DNA of 64,000 nt from Eledone cirrhosa. Its lineage: Eukaryota. Shown here piece by piece: positions 1 through 12,000 of the stretch. The notes below the pieces were generated by a model that was not told where the DNA came from, made no database searches, and saw only the letters and a program-made list of their open reading frames with translations. Within the stretch, counting starts at the first letter, position 1. Each line of letters starts with the position of its first letter. The stretch spans positions 13,702,001 to 13,766,000 of the forward strand of contig OZ024744.1 in NCBI GenBank assembly GCA_964016885.1, written 5' to 3'. The position numbers and the translations under genes are program-made.

Positions 1-3000
1 AATGTCTCAGTAGATCAGAGAGTCACTCCAGTTAAAGCCACTCTCTAAATTGAGAGATCACAACTCCCATACTATGGACATGTGGTGAGAATGTCTCAGT
101 AGATCAGAGAGTCACTCCAGTTAAAGCTACTCTCTAAATTGAGAGATCACAACTTCCATACTATGGACATGTGGTTAGAATGTCTCAGTAGATCAGAGAA
201 TCACTTCAGTTGAAGTCACTCTCTAAATTGAGAGATCACAACTCCAATAGTATGGTCATGGGGTTTGAATGTCTCAGTAGATCAGAGTGACAATCCAGTT
301 AAAGTTACTCTCTAAATTGAGAGATCACAACTCCAATACAATGGACATGTGGTTAGAATGTCTCAGTAGATCAGAAAGTCACTCCAGATAAAGCTACACT
401 CTAAATTGAGAGATCACAATTCCTATACTATGGACATGGGGTTAGAATGTCTTAGTAGATCAGAGAGTCACTACAGTTAAAGCCACTCTCTAAATTGAGA
501 GATCACAACTCCCATACTATGGACATGTGGTTAGAATGTCTCAGTAGATCAGAAAGTCACTCCAGTTAAAGCTACACTCTAAATTGAGAGATCACAACTC
601 CCATACTATGGACATGTGGTTAGAATGTCTCAGTAGATTAGAGTGTCAATCCAGTTAAAGCTACTCTCTAAATTGAGAGATCACAACTCCCATACTATGG
701 ACATGTGGGTAGAATGTCTCAGTAGATCAGAGAGTCACTCCAGTTAAAGCCACTAATTCTCTAAATTGAGAGATCACATCTCCCATACTATGGACATGTG
801 GTTAGAATGTCTCAGTAGATCAGAGAGTCACTCCAGTTAAAGCCACTCTCTAAATTGAGAGATCAGAACTCCCATACTATGGACATGTGGTTAGAATGTC
901 TCAGTAGATCAGAAAGTCACTCCAGTTAAAGCTACACTCTAAATTGAGAGATCACAATTCCTATACTATGTACATGTGGTTAGAATGTCTCAGTAGATCA
1001 GAGAGTCATTTCAGTTGAAGCCACTCTCTAAATTGAGAGATCACAACTCCACATAGTATGGTCATGGGGTTTGAATGTCTCAGTAGAACAGAGTGTCAAT
1101 CCAGTTAAAGTTACTCTCTAAATTGAGAGATCACAACTCCAATACTATGGACATGGGCTTTGAATGTCTCAGTAGATCAGAGAGTCACTCCAGGTAAAGC
1201 TACACTCTAAATTGAGAGATCACAACTCCAATACTATGGACATGTGGTTAGAATGTCTCAGTAGATCAGAGAGTCACTCCAGTTAAAGCCACTCTATAAA
1301 TTGAGAGATCACAACTCCCATACTATTGACATGTGGTGAGAATGTCTCAGTAGATCAGAGAGTCACTCCAGTTAAAGCTACTCTCTAAATTGAGAGATCA
1401 CAACTCCCATACTATGGAAATGTGGTTAGAATGTCTCAGTAGATCAGAGAGTCACTCCAGTTAAAGCCACTCTCTAAATTGAGAGATCAGAACTCCCATA
1501 CTATGGACATGTTGTTAGAATGTCTCAGTAGATCAGAAAGTCACTCCATTTAAAGCTACACTCTAAATTGAGAGATCACAATTCCTATACTATGGACATG
1601 GGGTTAGAATGTCTCAGTAGATCAGAGTGTCACTCCAGTTAAAGCCACTCTCTAAATTGAGGGATCACAACTCCCATAGTATGGACATGTGGTTAGAATG
1701 TCTCAGTAGATCAGAGAGTCACTCCAGTTAAAGCCACTCTCTAAATTGAGAGATCACAACTCCCATACTATGGACATGTGGTGAGAATGTCTCAGTAGAT
1801 CAGAGAGTCACTCCAGTTAAAGCTACTCTCTAAATTGAGAGATCACAACTTCCATACTATGGACATGTGGTTAGAATGTCTCAGTAGATCAGAGAATCAC
1901 TTCAGTTGAAGTCACTCTCTAAATTGAGAGATCACAACTCCAATAGTATGGTCATGGGGTTTGAATGTCTCAGTAGATCGGAGTGTCAATCCAGTTAAAG
2001 TTACTCTCTAAATTGAGAGATCACAACTCCAATACTATGGACATGTGGTTAGAATGTCTCAGTAGATCAGAAAGTCACTCCAGATAAAGCTACACTCTAA
2101 ATTGAGAGATCACAATTCCTATACTATGGACATGGGGTTAGAATGTCTTAGTAGATCAGAGTGTCACTCCAGTTAAAGCCACTCTCTAAATTGAGGGATC
2201 AAAACTCCCATACTATGGACATGTGGTTAGAATGTCTCAGTAGATCAGAAAGTCACTCCAGTTAAAGCTACACTCTAAATTGAGAGATCACAACTCCCAT
2301 ACTATGGACATGTGGTTAGAATGTCTCAGTAGATTAGAGTGTCAATCCAGTTAAAGCTACTCTCTAAATTGAGAGATCACAACTCCCATAATATGGACAT
2401 GTGGGTAGAATGTCTCAGTAGATCAGAGAGTCACTCCAGTTAAAGCCACTAATTCTCTAAATTGAGAGATCACAACTCCCATACTATGGACATGTGGTTA
2501 GAATGTCTCAGTAGATCAGAGAGTCACTCCAGTTAAGCCACTCTCTAAATTGAGAGATCACAACTTCAATACTATGGACATGTGGTTAGAATGTCTCAGT
2601 AGATCAGAGAGTCACTCCAGTCAAAGCTACTCTCTAAATTGAGAGATCACAACTCCCATACTATGGAAATGTGGTTAGAATGTCTCAGTAGATCAGAGAG
2701 TCACTCCAGTTAAAGCCACTCTCTAAATTGAGAGATCAGAACTCCCATACTATGGACATGTTGTTAGAATGTCTCAGTAGATCAGAAAGTCACTCCAGTT
2801 AAAGCTACACTCTAAATTGAGAGATCACAATTCCTATACTATGGACATGGGTTTAGAATGTCTCAGTAGATCAGAGTGTCACTCCAGTTAAAGCCACTCT
2901 CTAAATTGAGGGATCACAACTCCCATACTATGGACATGTGGTTAGAATGTCTCAGTAGATCAGAGAGTCACTCCAGTTAAAGCCACTCTCTAAATTGACA

Positions 3001-6000
3001 GATCACAACTCCAATACTATGGACATGGGGTTTGAATGTCTCAGTAGATCAGAGAGTCACTTCAGTTAAAGCTACTCTCTAAATTGAGAGATCACAACTT
3101 CAATACTATGGACATGGGGTTTGAAAGTCTCAGTAGATCAGAGTGTCACTCCAGTTAAAGCTACTCTCTAAATTGAGAGATTACAACTCCAATACTATGG
3201 ACATGGGGTTTGAATGTCTCAGTAGATCAGAGAGTCACTCCAGTTAAAGCTACTCTCTAAATTGAGAGATCACAACTCCCATACTATGGACATGTGGTTA
3301 GAATGTCTCAGTAGATCAGAGAGTCACTCCAGTTAAAGCTACTCTCTAAATTGAGAGATCACAACTCCCATACTATGGACATGTGGTTAGAATGTCTCAG
3401 TAGATCAGAGAGTCACTCCAATTAAAGCCACTCTCTGAATTGAGAGATCACAACTCCCATACTATGGACATGTGTTTAGAATGTCTCAGTAGATCAGAGA
3501 GTCAATCCAGTTAAAGCTACTCTCTAAATTGAGAGATCACAACTCCTATACTATGGATATGGGGTTAGAACGTCTCAGTAGATCAGAGTGTCACTCCAGT
3601 TAAAGCCACTCTCTAAATTGAGAGATCACAACTCGCATACTATGGACATGTGGTTAGAATGTCTCAGTAGATCAGAGAGTCACTCCAGTTAAAGCTACTC
3701 TCTAAATTGAGAGATCACAACTCCCATAGTATGGACATGTGGTTAGAATGTCTCAGTAGATCAGAGAGTCACTCCAGTTAAAGCCACTCTCTAAATTGAG
3801 AGATCACAACTCCCATACTATGGACATGTGGTGAGAATGTCTCAGTAGATCAGAGAGTCACTCCAGTTAAAGCTACTCTCTAAATTGAGAGATCACAACT
3901 TCCATACTATGGACATGTGGTTAGAATGTCTCAGTAGATCAGAGAATCACTTCAGTTGAAGCCACTCTCTAAATTGAGAGATCACAACTCCAATAGTATG
4001 GTCATGGGGTTTGAATGTCTCAGTAGATCAGAGTGTCAATCCAGTTAAAGTTACTCTCTAAATTGAGAGATCACAACTCCAATACTATGGACATGTGGTT
4101 AGAATGTCTCAGTAGATCAGAAAGTCACTCCAGATAAAGCTACACTCTAAATTGAGAGATCACAATTCCTATACTATGGACATGGGGTTAGAATGTCTTA
4201 GTAGATCAGAGTGTCACTCCAGTTAAAGCCACTCTCTAAATTGAGGGATCACAACTCCCATACTATGGACATGTGGTTAGAATGTCTCAGTAGATCAGAA
4301 AGTCACTCCAGTTAAAGCTACACTCTAAATTGAGAGATCACAACTCCCATACTATGGACATGTGGTTAGAACGTCTCAGTAGATTAGAGTGTCAATCCAG
4401 TTAAAGCTACTCTCTAAATTGAGAGATCACAACTCCCATACTATGGACATGTGGGTAGAATGTCTCAGTAGATCAGAGAGTCACTCCAGTTAAAGCCACT
4501 AATTCTCTAAATTGAGAGATCACAACTCCCATACTATGGACATGTGGTTAGAATGTCTCAGTAGATCAGAGAGTCACTCCAGTTAAGCCACTCTCTAAAT
4601 TGAGAGATCACAACTTCAATACTATGGACATGTGGTTAGAATGTCTCAGTAGACCAGAGAGTCACTCCAGTTAAAGCTACTCACTAAATTGAGAGATCAC
4701 AATTCCCATACTATGGACATGGGGTTTGAATGTCTCAGTAGATCAGAGATTCCCTCCAGTTAAAGCTACTCTCTAAATTGAGAGATAACAACTCCAATAC
4801 TATGGACATGTGGTTAGAATGCCTCAGTAGATTAGAGTGTCAATCCTGTTAAAGCTACTCTCTAAATTGAGAGATCACAACTCCCATACTATGGACATGT
4901 GGGTAGAATGTCTCAGTAGATCAGAGAGTCACTCCAGTTAAAGCGACTAATTCTCTAAATTGAGAGATCACAACTCCCCTACTATGGACATGGGGTTTGA
5001 ATGTCTCAGTAGATCAGAGATTCACTCGAGTTAAAGCTACTCTCTAAATTGAGAGATCACAACTCCAATACTATGGACATGGGGTTTGAAAGTCTCAGTA
5101 GATCAGAGTGTCAATCCAGTTAAAGTTACTCTCTAAATTGAGAGATCACAACTCCAATACTATGGACATGGGCTTTGAATGTCTCAGTAGATCAGAGAGT
5201 CACTCCAGGTAAAGCTACACTCTAAATTGAGAGATCACAACTCCAATACTATGGACATGTGGTTAGAATGTCTCAGTAGATCAGAGAGTCATTCCAGTTA
5301 AATCCACTCTCTAAATTGAGAGATCACAACTCCCATACTATGGACATGGGGTTAGAATGTCTCAGTAGATCAGAGAGTCACTCCAGTTAAGCTACTCTCT
5401 AAATTGAGAGATCACAACTCCCATACTATGGAAATGTGGTTAGAATGTCTCAGTAGATCAGAGAGTCACTCCAGTTAAAGCCACTCTCTAAATTAAGAGA
5501 TCAGAACTCCCATACTATGGACATGTTGTTAGAATGTCTCAGTAGATCAGAAAGTCACTCCATTTAAAGCTACACTCTAAATTGAGAGATCACAATTCCT
5601 ATACTATGGACATGGGGTTAGAATGTCTCAGTAGATCAGAGTGCCACTCCAGTTAAAGCCACTCTCTAAATTGAGGGATCACAACTCCCATACTATGGAC
5701 ATGTGGTTAGAATGTCTCAGTAGATCAGAGAGTCACTCCAGTTAAAGCCACTCTCTAAATTGACAGATCACAACTCCAATACTATGGACATGGGGTTTGA
5801 ATGTCTCAGTAGATCAGAGAGTCACTTCAGTTAAAGCTACTCTCTAAATTGAGAGATCACAACTTCAATACTATGGACATGTGGTTAGAATGTCTCAGTA
5901 GATCAGAGAGTCACTCCAGTTAAAGCTACTCTCTAAATTGAGAGATCACAACTCCCATAGTATGGACATGTGGTTAGAATGTCTCAGTAGATCAGAGAGT

Positions 6001-9000
6001 CACTCCAGTTAAAGCCACTCTCTAAATTGAGAGATCACAACTCCCATACTATGGACATGTGGTGAGAATGTCTCAGTAGATCAGAGAGTCACTCCAGTTA
6101 AAGCTACTCTCTAAATTGAGAGATCACAACTTCCATACTATGGACATGTGGTTAGAATGTCTCAGTAGATCAGAGAATCACTTCAGTTGAAGTCACTCTC
6201 TAAATTGAGAGATCACAACTCCAATAGTATGGTCATGGGGTTTGAATGTCTCAGTAGATCAGAGTGGCAATCCAGTTAAAGTTACTCTCTAAATTGAGAG
6301 ATCACAACTCCAATACTATGGACATGTGGTTAGAATGTCTCAGTAGATCAGAAAGTCACTCCAGATAAAGCTACACTCTAAATTGAGAGATCACAATTCC
6401 TATACTATGGACATGGGGTTAGAATGTCTTAGTAGATCAGAGTGTCACTCCAGTTAAAGCCACTCTCTAAATTGAGGGATCACAACTCCCATACTATGGA
6501 CATGTGGTTAGAATGTCTCAGTAGATCAGAAAGTCACTCCAGTTAAAGCTACACTCTAAATTGAGAGATCACAACTCCCATACTATGGACATGTGGTTAG
6601 AATGTCTCAGTAGATCAGAGAGTCACTCCAGTTAAAGCCACTCTCTGAATTGAGAGATCACAACTCCCATACTATGGACATGTGTTTAGAATGTCTCAGT
6701 AGATCAGAGAGTCAATCCAGTTAAAGCTACTCTCTAAATTGAGAGATCACAACTCCTATACTATGGACATGGGGTTAGAACGTCTCAGTAGATCAGAGTG
6801 TCACTCCAGTTAAAGCCACTCTCTAAATTGAGAGATCACAACTCGCATACTATGGACATGTGGTTAGAATGTCTCAGTAGATCAGAGAGTCACTCCAGTT
6901 AAAGCTACTCTCTAAATTGAGAGATCACAACTCCCATAGTATGGACATGTGGTTAGAATGTCTCAGTAGATCAGAGAGTCACTCCAGTTAAAGCCACTCT
7001 CTAAATTGAGAGATCACAACTCCCATACTATGGACATGTGGTGAGAATGTCTCAGTAGATCAGAGAGTCACTCCAGTTAAAGCTACTCTCTAAATTGAGA
7101 GATCACAACTTCCATACTATGGACATGTGGTTAGAATGTCTCAGTAGATCAGAGAATCACTTCAGTTGAAGCCACTCTCTAAATTGAGAGATCACAACTC
7201 CAATAGTATGGTCATGGGGTTTGAATGTCTCAGTAGATCAGAGTGTCAATCCAGTTAAAGTTACTCTCTAAATTGAGAGATCACAACTCCAATACTATGG
7301 ACATGTGGTTAGAATGTCTCAGTAGATCAGAAAGTCACTCCAGATAAAGCTACACTCTAAATTGAGAGATCACAATTCCTATACTATGGACATGGGGTTA
7401 GAATGTCTTAGTAGATCAGAGTGTCACTCCAGTTAAAGCCACTCTCTAAATTGAGGGATCACAACTCCCATACTATGGACATGTGGTTAGAATGTCTCAG
7501 TAGATCAGAAAGTCACTCCAGTTAAAGCTACACTCTAAATTGAGAGATCACAACTCCCATACTATGGACATGTGGTTAGAACGTCTCAGTAGATTAGAGT
7601 GTCAATCCAGTTAAAGCTACTCTCTAAATTGAGAGATCACAACTCCCATACTATGGACATGTGGGTAGAATGTCTCAGTAGATCAGAGAGTCACTCCAGT
7701 TAAAGCCACTAATTCTCTAAATTGAGAGATCACAACTCCCATACTATGGACATGTGGTTAGAATGTCTCAGTAGATCAGAGAGTCACTCCAGTTAAGCCA
7801 CTCTCTAAATTGAGAGATCACAACTTCAATACTATGGACATGTGGTTAGAATGTCTCAGTAGACCAGAGAGTCACTCCAGTTAAAGCTACTCACTAAATT
7901 GAGAGATCACAATTCCCATACTATGGACATGGGGTTTGAATGTCTCAGTAGATCAGAGATTCCCTCCAGTTAAAGCTACTCTCTAAATTGAGAGATAACA
8001 ACTCCAATACTATGGACATGTGGTTAGAATGCCTCAGTAGATTAGAGTGTCAATCCTGTTAAAGCTACTCTCTAAATTGAGAGATCACAACTCCCATACT
8101 ATGGACATGTGGGTAGAATGTCTCAGTAGATCAGAGAGTCACTCCAGTTAAAGCGACTAATTCTCTAAATTGAGAGATCACAACTCCCCTACTATGGACA
8201 TGGGGTTTGAATGTCTCAGTAGATCAGAGATTCACTCGAGTTAAAGCTACTCTCTAAATTGAGAGATCACAACTCCAATACTATGGACATGGGGTTTGAA
8301 AGTCTCAGTAGATCAGAGTGTCAATCCAGTTAAAGTTACTCTCTAAATTGAGAGATCACAACTCCAATACTATGGACATGGGCTTTGAATGTCTCAGTAG
8401 ATCAGAGAGTCACTCCAGGTAAAGCTACACTCTAAATTGAGAGATCACAACTCCAATACTATGGACATGTGGTTAGAATGTCTCAGTAGATCAGAGAGTC
8501 ATTCCAGTTAAATCCACTCTCTAAATTGAGAGATCACAACTCCCATACTATGGACATGGGGTTAGAATGTCTCAGTAGATCAGAGAGTCACTCCAGTTAA
8601 GCTACTCTCTAAATTGAGAGATCACAACTCCCATACTATGGAAATGTGGTTAGAATGTCTCAGTAGATCAGAGAGTCACTCCAGTTAAAGCCACTCTCTA
8701 AATTGAGAGATCAGAACTCCCATACTATAGACATGTTGTTAGAATGTCTCAGTAGATCAGAAAGTCACTCCAGTTAAAGCTACACTCTAAATTGAGAGTT
8801 CACAATTCCTATACTATGGACATGGGGTTAGAATGTCTCAGTAGATCAGAGTGTCACTCCAGTTAAAGCCACTCTCTAAATTGAGGGATCACAACTCCCA
8901 TACTATGGACATGTGGTTAGAATGTCTCAGTAGATCAGAGAGTCACTACAGTTAAAGCCACTCTCTAAATTGAGAGATCACAACTCCCATAGTATGGACA

Positions 9001-12000
9001 TGTGGTTAGAATGTCTCAGTAGATCAGAGAGTCACTCCAGTTAAAGCCACTCTCTAAAGTGAGAGATCACAACTCCCATACTATGGACATGTGGTGAGAA
9101 TGTCTCAGTAGATCAGAGAGTCACTCCAGTTAAAGCTACTCTCTAAATTGAGAGATCACAACTTCCATACTATGGACATGTGGTTAGAATGTCTCAGTAG
9201 ATCAGAGAGTCACTTCAGTTGAAACCACTCTCTAAATTGAGAGATCACAACTCCACATAGTATGGTCATGGGGTTTGAATGTCTCAGTAGATCAGAGTGT
9301 CAATCCAGTTAAAGTTACTCTCTAAATTGAGAGATCACAACTCCAATACTATGGACATGGGCTTTGAATGTCTCAGTAGATCAGAGAGTCACTCCAGGTA
9401 AAGCTACACTCTAAATTGAGAGATCACAACTCCAATACTATGGACATGTGGTTAGAATGTCTCAGTAGATCAGAGAGTCACTCCAGTTAAAGCCACTCTA
9501 TAAATTGAGAGATCACAACTCCCATACTATTGACATGTGGTGAGAATGTCTCAGTAGATCAGAGAGTCACTCCAGTTAAAGCTACTCTCTAAATTGAGAG
9601 ATCACAACTCCCATACTATGGAAATGTGGTTAGAATGTCTCAGTAGATCAGAGAGTCACTCCAGTTAAAGCCACTCTCTAAATTGAGAGATCAGAACTCC
9701 CATACTATGGACATGTTGTTAGAATGTCTCAGTAGATCAGAAAGTCACTCCATTTAAAGCTACACTCTAAATTGAGAGATCACAATTCCTATACTATGGA
9801 CATGGGGTTAGAATGTCTCAGTAGATCAGAGTGCCACTCCAGTTAAAGCCACTCTCTAAATTGAGGGATCACAACTCCCATACTATGGACATGTGGTTAG
9901 AATGTCTCAGTAGATCAGAGAGTCACTCCAGTTAAAGCCACTCTCTAAATTGACAGATCACAACTCCAATACTATGGACATGGGGTTTGAATGTCTCAGT
10001 AGATCAGAGAGTCACTTCAGTTAAAGCTACTCTCTAAATTGAGAGATCACAACTTCAATACTATGGACATGTGGTTAGAATGTCTCAGTAGATCAGAGAG
10101 TCACTCCAGTTAAAGCTACTCTCTAAATTGAGAGATCACAACTCCCATAGTATGGATATGTGGTTAGAATGTCTCAGTAGATCAGAGAGTCACTCCAGTT
10201 AAAGCCACTCTCTAAATTGAGAGATCACAACTCCCATACTATGGACATGTGGTGAGAATGTCTCAGTAGATCAGAGAGTCACTCCAGTTAAAGCTACTCT
10301 CTAAATTGAGAGATCACAACTTCCATACTATGGACATGTGGTTAGAATGTCTCAGTAGATCAGAGAATCACTTCAGTTGAAGTCACTCTCTAAATTGAGA
10401 GATCACAACTCCAATAGTATGGTCATGGGGTTTGAATGTCTCAGTAGATCAGAGTGGCAATCCAGTTAAAGTTACTCTCTAAATTGAGAGATCACAACTC
10501 CAATACTATGGACATGTGGTTAGAATGTCTCAGTAGATCAGAAAGTCACTCCAGATAAAGCTACACTCTAAATTGAGAGATCACAATTCCTATACTATGG
10601 ACATGGGGTTAGAATGTCTTAGTAGATCAGAGTGTCACTCCAGTTAAAGCCACTCTCTAAATTGAGGGATCACAACTCCCATACTATGGACATGTGGTTA
10701 GAATGTCTCAGTAGATCAGAAAGTCACTCCAGTTAAAGCTACACTCTAAATTGAGAGATCACAACTCCCATACTATGGACATGTGGTTAGAATGTCTCAG
10801 TAGATTAGAGTGTCAATCCAGTTAAAGCTACTCTCTAAATTGAGAGATCACAACTCCCATACTATGGACATGTGGGTAGAATGTCTCAGTAGATCAGAGA
10901 GTCACTCCAGTTAAAGCCACTAATTCTCTAAATTGAGAGATCACAACTCCCATACTATGGACATGTGGTTAGAATGTCTCAGTAGATCAGAGAGTCACTC
11001 CAGTTAAGCCACTCTCTAAATTGAGAGATCACAACTTCAATACTATGGACATGTGGTTAGAATGTCTCAGTAGACCAGAGAGTCACTCCAGTTAAAGCTA
11101 CTCACTAAATTGAGAGATCACAATTCCCATACTATGGACATGGGGTTTGAATGTCTCAGTAGATCAGAGATTCACTCCAGTTAAAGCTACTCTCTAAATT
11201 GAGAGATAACAACTCCAATACTATGGACATGTGGTTAGAATGCCTCAGTAGATTAGAGTGTCAATCCTGTTAAAGCTACTCTCTAAATTGAGAGATCACA
11301 ACTCCCATACTATGGACATGTGGGTAGAATGTCTCAGTAGATCAGAGAGTCACTCCAGTTAAAGCGACTAATTCTCTAAATTGAGAGATCACAACTCCCC
11401 TACTATGGACATGGGGTTTGAATGTCTCAGTCGATCAGAGATTCACTCGAGTTAAAGCTACTCTCTAAATTGAGAGATCACAACTCCAATACTATGGACA
11501 TGGGGTTTGAAAGTCTCAGTAGATCAGAGTGTCAATCCAGTTAAAGTTACTCTCTAAATTGAGAGATCACAACTCCAATACTATGGACATGGGCTTTGAA
11601 TGTCTCAGTAGATCAGAGAGTCACTCCAGGTAAAGCTACACTCTAAATTGAGAGATCACAACTCCAATACTATGGACATGTGGTTAGAATGTCTCAGTAG
11701 ATCAGAGAGTCATTCCAGTTAAATCCACTCTCTAAATTGAGAGATCACAACTCCCATACTATGGACATGGGGTTAGAATGTCTCAGTAGATCAGAGAGTC
11801 ACTCCAGTTAAAGCTACTCTCTAAATTGAGAGATCACAACTCCCATACTATGGAAATGTGGTTAGAATGTCTCAGTAGATCAGAGAGTCACTCCAGTTAA
11901 AGCCACTCTCTAAATTGAGAGATCAGAACTCCCATACTATAGACATGTTGTTAGAATGTCTCAGTAGATCAGAAAGTCACTCCAGTTAAAGCTACACTCT

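Noticed and set aside
13-101. Functional tRNA, 5S rRNA or snRNA gene array
   Set aside because: There is no proper acceptor stem, the anticodon-like loop is 6 nt, the consensus lacks TTCRA, there is no oligo-T terminator or spacer, and I recognise no rRNA or snRNA motif. Only remote ancestry is kept as a hypothesis.
1-178. Satellite-encoded hammerhead ribozyme, as in newt, cricket or schistosome satellites
   Set aside because: The core CUGANGA plus GAAA is absent from the consensus on both strands. The minus strand has only CTGATCT and CTGAGAC.
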